The notes beneath the pieces were generated by a model, which had not been told where the DNA came from, did not search any database, and saw only the letters and a list, made by a program, of their open reading frames with translations. DNA of 64,000 bases from a bacterium (GTDB lineage: Bacteria; RBG-13-66-14). The stretch lies in contig DATKYS010000137.1 of the NCBI GenBank assembly GCA_035528375.1, positions 10,024 to 74,023 on the forward strand. Reading direction: 5' to 3'. The stretch's first letter is position 1. Every line of letters starts with the position of its first letter. Below are positions 35,838-43,713 of the stretch, one piece after another. The position numbers and the translations under genes are program-made.

Positions 35838-36402
35838 AAAAATCTCCTTTCCCGGTGAGGCCCGGGTCGCCGACCTGGAAGAGCGCGCCCGGCGGGTGAG
35901 CCTTCTGGTCATGGACGTGGACGGCGTCCTCACCGCCGGCGGGATGTTCACCGACTCGGACGGCGTCCCGGTAAAAATCTTCGACGTCAAGGACGGGCTC
36001 GGGCTCTACCTCCTGGGCCGGGCGGGGATCAAGCGGGCCATCGTCACCGGCAAGTCCAGCCGGGCGGTGGAAAGGCGAGCGGAGGAGCTGGGGCTGGAGC
36101 ACTGCCTCCAGGGCGCGCTGGACAAGGGGCCGGCGGTGCGGGAGCTCCTGCGGGCGTCGGACTGCGCGGAAGACGGGCTCTGCTACATCGGAGACGACCT
36201 GAACGACCTGCCGGGCCTGGTCATCGCCGGGCTGGCCTGCTGTCCCGCCGACGCCGCCCCCGACGTGCGCGGGCGGGTCCACTACGTCTGCGCCGCCAAG
36301 GGGGGGCGGGGCGCCGTGCGCGAGGTCTGCGAGCTCATCCTGCGCGCCCGCGGCGAGTGGGACGCGATGGTCAATCAGTGGATAATGGGGGAATTTAAAT
36401 GA
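35830..36402 (+). CDS. kdsC: KDO 8-phosphate phosphatase (HAD family)
   Basis: LLVMDVDGVLTAG, TGKSS, and YIGDDLNDL. 8-nt overlap with kdsA. Confidence 0.85.
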   Translation: MFEKISFPGEARVADLEERARRVSLLVMDVDGVLTAGGMFTDSDGVPVKIFDVKDGLGLYLLGRAGIKRAIVTGKSSRAVERRAEELGLEHCLQGALDKGPAVRELLRASDCAEDGLCYIGDDLNDLPGLVIAGLACCPADAAPDVRGRVHYVCAAKGGRGAVREVCELILRARGEWDAMVNQWIMGEFK

Positions 36403-36497
36403 GTTGGTTGTTATTCCTCGATGAAAGCGGGCACGACCATAAAAAAACGCCCTATGAGGTGCGTGGTGGCAATGCGTTGAAAGATAGTAAGATATAG
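36399..36497 (+). pseudogene. 32-codon remnant resembling a DUF3800-protein N-terminus
   Basis: MSWLLFLDESGHDHKKTPYEVRGGNALKDSKI* starts with an ATGA overlap on the kdsC stop. It is followed by about 270 bp of low-G+C sequence with no long ORF. Confidence 0.35.
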
Positions 36498-36765
36498 CCT
36501 CTTATCGATAGTGCCGATTACGCCGTGATGAAGTTGCCGTCGAAGGTGTAAGGAAACAGGTTTATGGAATCGTGTATGTGCCTGATCCTTATACTCCAAG
36601 GAGCTAAAAAAAGTAGCGGTAACGCCCTCGGGGCCCCTGCTTTTACACAGTAACCCCTCGGCCGAACCGCCATCAACAGTCTAGCCCTTTTTGTACGTTT
36701 TTGTCAAGTTTTTGTTAAGGTTTATTTACGGCTAAAATGAGGATTTACACGACGGTGAGCATCCC

Positions 36766-37761
36766 ATGAAAACGGACGCGGAAATCACGGCCCGGGGGCG
36801 CGAGGTGCTGGCCGTCGAGGGCGAGGCGCTGGCGCGCGTGGCGGAGCGTCTGGACGAGAGTTTCGCCGCGGCGGTACGCATCCTGCACGGCTGCACCGGG
36901 CGGGTCATCGTGGCCGGGATGGGCAAGAGCGGGCACGTCGCCGACAAGATAGCCTCCACCCTCTCTTCGACCGGCACGCCGGCGTTCTTCCTCCACCCCG
37001 GCGAGGCGGCCCACGGCGACCTGGGGATGGTCACCCCGGGTGACGTGGTCCTGGCGGTCTCCAACTCGGGGCGGACCCGGGAGCTCCTGGCCATCGTGCC
37101 GAACCTGAAGAAGCTGGGCGCGCGGCTGGTGGCCCTGGTCGGAACCCCAGACTCCCCCCTGGCCCGCGAGGCCGAGGTGGCCCTCGACGCGAGCGTGGAG
37201 CGGGAGGCGTGCCCGTTGAACCTGGCGCCCACCTCCTCGACGACTGCGGCGCTGGCCTTGGGCGATGCCCTGGCCGTGGCGCTGATGGAGCTGCGTCAGT
37301 TCAAGGCCGACGACTTCGCCCGCTTCCACCCGGGGGGTCTCTTGGGCGACCGCCTGCTCCTACTCACAGTGGACGAGGTTCTCATTACGGGCGCTCTATT
37401 CCCCAGCGTGGGGGTCGGGGCCGATTTCGCCGAGGTGGTCGGGGAGCTGGCCGGCAAGCGGCAGGGGATAACCGCGGTGGTCTGTGGCGGAGGAGGGCTG
37501 GCCGGCGTCATCTCCAACGGCGACGTGCTGCGTATTTTAGCCCAGAAACGTGACACCGCGCACATCTGCGCCGAGACGATGATGACCCATAATCCCAAGA
37601 CGATCCCTCCCGGGACGAGCGCCGAAAATGCCGTGGCGGTCATGGAGACCCACAACATCACCGCCCTGGTCGTGGTGGACGATGAGCATCGGCCCCTGGG
37701 GCTGGTACACCTCCACGACCTGCTGGGCCGGAAGACTTTCTGGCAGCCGCCCGACGGTTAG
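36766..37761 (+). CDS. kdsD: arabinose-5-phosphate isomerase (SIS + tandem CBS)
   Basis: GRVIVAGMGKSGHV, VLAVSNSGRT, and CBS pairs at the C-terminus. Confidence 0.9.
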   Translation: MKTDAEITARGREVLAVEGEALARVAERLDESFAAAVRILHGCTGRVIVAGMGKSGHVADKIASTLSSTGTPAFFLHPGEAAHGDLGMVTPGDVVLAVSNSGRTRELLAIVPNLKKLGARLVALVGTPDSPLAREAEVALDASVEREACPLNLAPTSSTTAALALGDALAVALMELRQFKADDFARFHPGGLLGDRLLLLTVDEVLITGALFPSVGVGADFAEVVGELAGKRQGITAVVCGGGGLAGVISNGDVLRILAQKRDTAHICAETMMTHNPKTIPPGTSAENAVAVMETHNITALVVVDDEHRPLGLVHLHDLLGRKTFWQPPDG

Positions 37762-37865
37762 GCAGGACGGAATTCTCCGACGGGTTGAAGCCGTTTGACG
37801 GGAAGACCGCCCGGAAGCGGCCTTTTTTTATACGGTCGGGCTCGCGGGCGTGTCAATCTCTTCCA

Positions 37866-37894
37866 GCAAAAAGACCGCCCGAGCGGTCTTTTTA
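37866..37894. terminator. bidirectional terminator between kdsD and the M23 gene
   Basis: AAAAAGACCGC-CCGA-GCGGTCTTTTT. Confidence 0.7.
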
Positions 37895-37914
37895 TGAGTG
37901 CGAAGGTCGGCCCC

Positions 37915-38889
37915 CTAGTCGAACTCGTAGTCGGGGAAGATGTAGGCCATGGGGTCGGTGACGCTTCCGTCCACCAGGACCTCGTAGTGGAGGTGAGGCC
38001 CGGTGGACATGCCGGTGGAGCCGACGTCGGCGATTATCTGCCCCCGCTTGACCTCGTCGCCCTCCTTGACGTGGAGCCTGGAGCAGTGTCCGTAGCGGGT
38101 CTGGTAGCCGTAGCCGTGGTCAATGAAGCAGGTGGTGCCGTAGCCGCCGCGGGTGCCGGCGAAAATCACCACGCCGTCCGCGGGGGCGAAGATGGGCGTC
38201 CCCCAAGGCGCCTGGATGTCAATGCCGCGGTGGAAATGTATGAGACCGGTGATGGGGTGGATGCGGTTGCCCATGAAGCTGATGATGTGGCCGACGACGG
38301 GCTTGATGGAGGGCGTGTGGGCGCGGATGTCGGCCTCGCGGCGGGTCCGCTCGATGGTCTGGTTCACGAGGGAAATTTCGTAGTTGATCGAACCGGCCAG
38401 GCGTAGGGAGCGCTCGAAGTAGCGCTGCGTCGTTTCGTCCAGGGGGGAGTCGGTGATGCGGGGGAAGGAGGCGATGGCCCGGCCCAGCTCCACGCCACCG
38501 ATGCCGCCCTCCCGCTCCGAGTCCGGCACGAGGGGCAGAGCGTGGGCCAGCCGGGCGACGTCGTTGGCCTCCCGGACGACCGCTAGCTGCTGGTTCAGGT
38601 CGCCGATGTCCTCCTGGGCCTTGGTCAGCTCACCCTGCTGGTCCTCGTTCTCCAGCTCGAGGGTGAAGAGGTCCAGCCGCTTGCGCAGGTTGTCCGAGTA
38701 GAAGAAGAGCAGGACCACGGCGCCGACGATGACCGACACCGTTATCCAGACGAAGCGCCGGATGCCCCGGCGGTCCAGGTCCCGGTGGAAGGTGCCCAGG
38801 GCTCCGTCCCGACAGATGACCAGGCTGAAACGCTCCGCCTTTTTGCGTTTCTTATTGAGGGGATGGAGCTTAAGGGTTGCGGCAGTCAA
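37915..38889 (-). CDS. M23 (LytM-type) peptidase with N-terminal TM and coiled coil
   Basis: HRGIDIQAPWGTPIFAPADGVV...GYGHCS...GSTGMSTGPHLHYEV. TTG start, no obvious SD. Confidence 0.85.
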   Translation of the reverse strand: MTAATLKLHPLNKKRKKAERFSLVICRDGALGTFHRDLDRRGIRRFVWITVSVIVGAVVLLFFYSDNLRKRLDLFTLELENEDQQGELTKAQEDIGDLNQQLAVVREANDVARLAHALPLVPDSEREGGIGGVELGRAIASFPRITDSPLDETTQRYFERSLRLAGSINYEISLVNQTIERTRREADIRAHTPSIKPVVGHIISFMGNRIHPITGLIHFHRGIDIQAPWGTPIFAPADGVVIFAGTRGGYGTTCFIDHGYGYQTRYGHCSRLHVKEGDEVKRGQIIADVGSTGMSTGPHLHYEVLVDGSVTDPMAYIFPDYEFD

Positions 38890-38962
38890 TGGTTCGGACG
38901 GATCTTTCCCCGCGGTGGGTGTTATAGGTTAAGCAGGATCAACGACAAACAAACCCAGCATC

Positions 38963-38991
38963 ATTGTATGGAGACGGGGGCGAACTGTCAA
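38963..38991 (-). promoter_or_regulatory. sigma70-type promoter for the M23 gene
   Basis: On the minus strand, consensus TTGACA-N17-TACAAT. Confidence 0.6.
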
Positions 38992-39079
38992 GGGTGATGA
39001 TTGTAGTGGGCAAAAAACGTCCGCTTCGGAAAAAAATCCGTCCGCTCACCTTCACCCCGACCGATGGTACAATCTGCGA

Positions 39080-39988
39080 ATGCCCTCTTGCGAAGGCGAA
39101 GACTGCGCCATGGACCGGACCCGCAAGGCTAGAGCTTATCTCGGTGTCGCCACCGTCATCTGGGGCTCGACCTTCATCGTGCTCAAGCTCCTGTTGACGC
39201 GGGCCACCCCGTGGCTGTTGGTGGGGGTCCGGTTCGGCCTGGCCGCGGCGGTTTGCCTCGCGGTTCTTCTCTGGCGGCGGTGGCGCGTCGAGGGCAAAGT
39301 CCTTAGGCGAGGGGCCTTCCTGGGCCTTCTGCTCCTGGGGGGTTACGCCCTGCAGACTTTGGGGCTGGTGCACACCGGGGCGGGGAAGTCGGGGTTCATC
39401 ACCGCGCTCTACGTGGTGCTCACGCCTTTTTTCGCGTGGCCGGTGTGCGGGCGGCGGATTCGATGGCGGGAGCTGGGCGCCGCGGCGGTTTCCCTGGCCG
39501 GGGTGTACCTGTTGGCCGATCCCTCGGGGCCGGTGAATCCGGGTGATTTATTGACCCTGGGCAGCGCGGCTATCTTCGCGCTCCACCTGGCCTTCATTGA
39601 CCGCTGGGCGCCCGCGGAGGAAAATGAAGATTCACAGCTCCGGCACGAGTTCACCCTGACCACGGTGCAGATGGTGGTGGTCGGCGTGGGGGCTATGACG
39701 CTCTCGCCGCTGTTGGAGACGCCGCGATTGGCTCTGGACGCGGTGTCCATCCCGGCTTTTCTGTACCTCTCGCTGGCGGCGACTGTGCTGGTGGTTTTCT
39801 GGCAGATGCGGTGGCAGCCGAAGCTGGGGGCGGGGCGGGCGGCGCTCATCTACGTGGGTGAGGCGGTCATCGCCGCGGCGGGCGGGGCGGTCTTCTTCGC
39901 CGAGCGGCTGCCGTGGTACGGCTACGCGGGGATGGGGCTCATCCTGGCGGCGATTCTCTGGGGCAACCGGCGGGGAACGCAGACGTGA
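39080..39988 (+). CDS. EamA/DMT-family transporter
   Basis: Ten predicted TM helices in two EamA-like halves (VIWGSTFIVLK...; GEAVIAAAGGAVFFAERL). The start could instead be the ATG at 39110. Confidence 0.8.
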   Translation: MPSCEGEDCAMDRTRKARAYLGVATVIWGSTFIVLKLLLTRATPWLLVGVRFGLAAAVCLAVLLWRRWRVEGKVLRRGAFLGLLLLGGYALQTLGLVHTGAGKSGFITALYVVLTPFFAWPVCGRRIRWRELGAAAVSLAGVYLLADPSGPVNPGDLLTLGSAAIFALHLAFIDRWAPAEENEDSQLRHEFTLTTVQMVVVGVGAMTLSPLLETPRLALDAVSIPAFLYLSLAATVLVVFWQMRWQPKLGAGRAALIYVGEAVIAAAGGAVFFAERLPWYGYAGMGLILAAILWGNRRGTQT

Positions 39989-39989
39989 G

Positions 39990-40249
39990 AATGTAGGACG
40001 GGGACTTCAGTCCCCGCCGCTTTTACCCCTCACCCCAACCCTTTCCCCAGAGGGGAGAGGGGGTAAAAGGCAGCCCTCACCCCCGACCCGTGCCTTGCAG
40101 ACCTCCCACGGGGAGAGGGGGGCCGTTTTTAAGAAGACCCTCACCCCGGCCCGTGCCTTGCCGATTGCGATGATGCGGGCCGACCTGAACGGCGCGCCGT
40201 CGGTCGGCCCCTACGAGGGTGGTGCGCTATTCTCGACGACCGGTCGGCC
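39990..40249. repeat. REP-like cluster E: hairpin, 2.5 CTCACCCC...GGGAGAGGG modules, 43-bp element
   Basis: GTAGGACGGGGACTTCAGTCCCCGCC (39993-40018), modules at 40026-40063, 40074-40122 and 40138-40162, and GGGCCGACCTGAACGGCGCGCCGTCGGTCGGCCCCTACGAGGG (40177-40219). Confidence 0.85.
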
Positions 40250-42658
40250 TCAGATGTCCAGGTTGGCCACCTCGAGGGCGTGGGAGCGGATGAACTCCCG
40301 CCGCGGCGGCACCTGGTCCCCCATCAGCACGCTGAACATCTCGTCGGCGGCGAAGGCGTCCTCCACCGTCACCTGTAGCAGCGTCCGGCTCGCCGGGTCC
40401 ATCGTCGTCTCCCAGAGCTGGTCGGGATTCATCTCGCCCAGCCCCTTGTAACGCTGGACGGAAACCTCCCGATTGCCGGTCCGGCGCAGGATTTCCAGAA
40501 GCTCCAGGGGGTCGGTCAGCTCGAACCGCTCATCCTTGCCCAGGTGGAGGGTGATGCCGGGCTTTTTCTGCGCCGGGAAATCGAGGCCGAACTCCCTCAA
40601 AGCGCCTCGGAGCTCCTCCAGCTCGGTGGCCTCACCCAGCTCCTCCGGCTCGTGCTTCCTCCATTCCGACCGCTGGCCCAAAAGGTCGGCCAGCTCCTCC
40701 CCCGCCTCGGCCTTCTCCTCCAAAAGCCCCAGCTCCTGGTCGGTGTAGGCGTATTCGATGTCGCCGGTCTCGAGGTCGCGCAGGTAGTATCGCGGCAGGC
40801 GACCGTCCCGCTCGCGGCCGAGGTATTCCTCCACGTCCAGCCCCCGACGTTCGAGACGATCGAAGGAGAGCTTCACCCGTCTGAGGTGCCTGGTCAGGCC
40901 CAGGAGGGCCTTCTCGTCGAGCTTGGCGCCGTTTATTTCCGCCCGAGCCCCCCGGCAGCCCAGCTCGAGGAGCAGACGGTCCATCTCCCCCTCGCTCTGC
41001 ATGTAGAACTCCTCGCGGCCGCGCTTGACCCGGTAGAGCGGCGGCTGGGCGATGTAGATATACCCCTGCTCCAGAAGCGGCCGCATCTGGCGGTAGAAGA
41101 AGGTCAAAAGAAGGGTGCGGATGTGGCTGCCGTCCACGTCGGCGTCGGTCATTATCACGAGCTTGTGGTAGCGCAGCCTCTCGAGCTCGAACTCCTCGGC
41201 GATGCCGGTTCCGACGGCGGTGATGATGGTGATGAGCTCGTTGTTGGAGAGAATCTTGTCCAGGCGGGCCTTCTCCACATTCAAGATCTTCCCGCCCAGG
41301 GGAAGGATGGCCTGGTAGGCGCGGTCGCGACCCTGCTTGGCCGATCCGCCGGCCGAGGGGCCCTCCACGATGAACAGCTCGCATTTCTCCGGTTCGCGCT
41401 CCGAGCAGTCGGCGAGCACTCCGGGGAGTGAGCTCCCCTCGAGGGCGCTCTTGCGCCGGGCGAGGTTGCGGGCCTTGCGGGCCGCCTGGCGCGCCCGGGC
41501 GGACTCCAGCGACTTGGTCACAATCTTGCGGGCCGTGTCCGGGTGCTCCTCGTAGTAGAAGGTCAGCCCCTCGCCCACTATCTGCTCGACTATCCCCTTG
41601 AGCTCGCTGTTGCCCAGCTTGGTCTTCATCTGACCCTCGAACTGGGGGTTGCCGATTCTGACGCTCACCACGGCGGCCATGCCCTCGCGGATGTCCTCGC
41701 CTAAAAGCGGCGGTTCGTCCTTCTTCAACAGGCCCTGGACCCGGGCGTAATCGTTGGTCGTCCGGGTCAGGGCGGCCCGGAAGCCGGATAGGTGGGTCCC
41801 GCCCTCCTCGGTGTTGATGTTGTTGGCGAAGGTGAAGATGTTCTCCGTGTAGCCGTCGGAGTGCTGCATGGCCACCTCGAGGGAGACCATCCCCGAGTCC
41901 TCCGTCTCCTCCCGCACGCCCTCGAGGTAGACGATGGTGGGGTAGATGGGCGTCCGGCCGGCGTTGATGTGCCCGATGAACTCGACGATCCCGCCCGAGT
42001 AGGAGTACTGGACGCGGCGTCCGTCGCGCTCGTCGGAGAGCTCGATGGTGAGCCCCTTGTTCAGGAATGCCATCTCGCGCAGCCGCTTGGCCAGGAAGTC
42101 GAAGGAGAAATCCGTCGCCTCGAAGACCATCGGGTCCGGGATGAAGCTGATCTTGGTCCCCCGCTTCTTGGTCTTGCCGATGACGCTCACCGACCCCTGG
42201 GGTACCCCGCGGATGTAGCGCTGGTGGTGGATGTTCCCGTCGAGCTTGACCTCCACGTCGCACCAGGCGGAGAGGGCGTTGACGACGGAGACGCCCACGC
42301 CGTGCAGGCCGCCGGACACCTTGTACGTCTTCGAGTCGAACTTGCCGCCGGCGTGGAGGGTGGTCATCACCACCTCGAGGGCGGAGCGGTTCTCCTCCTT
42401 GTGGATGTCCACGGGGATGCCGCGGCCGTTGTCCACCACGGTCACCGAGTTGTCGGGGTGGATCGCGACCTCGATGTGGTCGCAGAAGCCGGCCATGGCC
42501 TCGTCCACCGAGTTGTCCACCACCTCGAAGACCAGGTGGTGCAGGCCGCGTTCGCCGGTGGAGCCGATGTACATCGCCGGGCGCTTGCGGACCGCTTCCA
42601 GGCCTTTTAACACCTGGATGTCGTCGGCGGTATATGAGTTTTTCTCGTCCTTGGGCAT
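40250..42658 (-). CDS. gyrB: DNA gyrase subunit B (long form)
   Basis: [31 protein letters not shown], the TOPRIM motif [29 protein letters not shown] and [11 protein letters not shown]. Confidence 0.97.
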   Translation of the reverse strand: MPKDEKNSYTADDIQVLKGLEAVRKRPAMYIGSTGERGLHHLVFEVVDNSVDEAMAGFCDHIEVAIHPDNSVTVVDNGRGIPVDIHKEENRSALEVVMTTLHAGGKFDSKTYKVSGGLHGVGVSVVNALSAWCDVEVKLDGNIHHQRYIRGVPQGSVSVIGKTKKRGTKISFIPDPMVFEATDFSFDFLAKRLREMAFLNKGLTIELSDERDGRRVQYSYSGGIVEFIGHINAGRTPIYPTIVYLEGVREETEDSGMVSLEVAMQHSDGYTENIFTFANNINTEEGGTHLSGFRAALTRTTNDYARVQGLLKKDEPPLLGEDIREGMAAVVSVRIGNPQFEGQMKTKLGNSELKGIVEQIVGEGLTFYYEEHPDTARKIVTKSLESARARQAARKARNLARRKSALEGSSLPGVLADCSEREPEKCELFIVEGPSAGGSAKQGRDRAYQAILPLGGKILNVEKARLDKILSNNELITIITAVGTGIAEEFELERLRYHKLVIMTDADVDGSHIRTLLLTFFYRQMRPLLEQGYIYIAQPPLYRVKRGREEFYMQSEGEMDRLLLELGCRGARAEINGAKLDEKALLGLTRHLRRVKLSFDRLERRGLDVEEYLGRERDGRLPRYYLRDLETGDIEYAYTDQELGLLEEKAEAGEELADLLGQRSEWRKHEPEELGEATELEELRGALREFGLDFPAQKKPGITLHLGKDERFELTDPLELLEILRRTGNREVSVQRYKGLGEMNPDQLWETTMDPASRTLLQVTVEDAFAADEMFSVLMGDQVPPRREFIRSHALEVANLDI

Positions 42659-42682
42659 GCGGAGTGTAAACCTCCTGATCCG

Positions 42683-43390
42683 TCAATAAACGATGGAAAG
42701 GGAAACGCCGGCGCCTGGATTTCCGCACGAGTCGGTGTAGAAGCGGGGAGCGAGCTCCACCGAAAACCCCTTCCCCGCTTCCCCGGTCCCGGTGAGCTCA
42801 TCCCCGGTCTCGAAGTCGGCGAGGTGGGCGTCCACGTAAGCGTCCAGCATGGAGTACACCACGACCAGGGCGGCCAGCCAGATGTGCGTCTCGTAGTCCA
42901 CCCGGTAATTTTTATAAAGATCCAGGTGGTAGTCGCGCAGGGCGAAGACGTCGGTCAAATCCGGGCTCATCCTATCGTCGGGGATATCGAAGCCTTCGAA
43001 CTGACGGCGCTCGTAGGCCGCGGCGTCGGCGTAGTAAATGATGCCGTACACGGTGAGCGCCTCGAGGCCGAAGAGGACGACCCCCTTCAGGTACTCCTCG
43101 TTGTAGAACTGTCCCCAGCCGGCGATGACCCCCGAGCGCCAGAGCGCCTCCACGGGGTCCGGCCGCCAGGGCGCCGGGGACTCGGCGGTCTCGGTCGCCG
43201 TCGCCGATTCGGTGATTTCAGTCCCCGGTTCGGACTCGACCGTTTCAGCCGCCGGTGCGGACTCGACGGAATCCGACTCCCCGTCGGTCGGGGGCGTTTC
43301 GCCGTCGGGAACGGGGGGCTCTTCGGCCGCCAGAACCGAGAGGGGCGGCCCCGCCAGGAGGAGAAGGATCAAATGGAACGGACGGGTCAA
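42683..43390 (-). CDS. exported protein, DUF5683-like
   Basis: Signal peptide, acidic Pro/Glu/Thr-rich linker, then WRSGVIAGWGQFYNEEYLKGVVLFGLEAL resembling the PGxGQxYN core of DUF5683. Only 24 nt separate it from gyrB. Confidence 0.5.
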   Translation of the reverse strand: MTRPFHLILLLLAGPPLSVLAAEEPPVPDGETPPTDGESDSVESAPAAETVESEPGTEITESATATETAESPAPWRPDPVEALWRSGVIAGWGQFYNEEYLKGVVLFGLEALTVYGIIYYADAAAYERRQFEGFDIPDDRMSPDLTDVFALRDYHLDLYKNYRVDYETHIWLAALVVVYSMLDAYVDAHLADFETGDELTGTGEAGKGFSVELAPRFYTDSCGNPGAGVSLSIVY

Positions 43391-43441
43391 GGGGGCTCCG
43401 GGCTCGGTCGTCGGACGGGTTTCGTGAACGTAAGTGCCTTT

Positions 43442-43470
43442 ATTTTAAATAAAATCCGTCTAAAGGTCAA
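43442..43470 (-). promoter_or_regulatory. sigma70-type promoter for the DUF5683-like/gyrB pair
   Basis: On the minus strand, TTGACC-N17-TAAAAT. This accounts for the AT-rich tract here. Confidence 0.55.
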
Positions 43471-43576
43471 GGCGCGGGCTTTGGGATATGTGCTATATTA
43501 TCAACGGATTGCGGTGTTTCATTCCCCGACTGGATGCCGCGCGGGAAGAACCGCTCCGGGTGCCGGTCGCTCCGTG

Positions 43577-43606
43577 TTGAACCGGGGGCGTTCCACGGGG
43601 TATAAT
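43577..43606 (+). promoter_or_regulatory. sigma70-type promoter for PBP1A
   Basis: TTGAAC-N18-TATAAT. Confidence 0.5.
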
Positions 43607-43713
43607 CGGGGGGTCGCCACGGGGAACGGTGGTGCAAGACGGGTCGTAGGATAGCCGTCCGACTCCCTTTACCGTTTCCCCGATCCGTCACACTACCAAC
43701 CGTTCGAGGACCG

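Noticed and set aside
39858-40451. 197-aa plus-strand ORF across the eamA-gyrB spacer
   Set aside because: It is made almost entirely of translated REP and GGGAGAGGG modules (LSPEGRGG...) plus antisense gyrB.
40632-42728. 698-aa same-strand alternative frame inside gyrB; likewise 62205..63308 inside the CNNM gene
   Set aside because: The gyrB and CNNM frames carry the canonical motifs. The alternative frames are Arg/Gly/Pro-rich with no signal.
43439-43455. 17-nt pure A/T tract near gyrB, considered as a DNA-unwinding element or oriC signal
   Set aside because: It is explained as the spacer and -10 of a minus-strand TTGACC-N17-TAAAAT promoter. I found no cluster of DnaA boxes nearby and no dnaA/dnaN.
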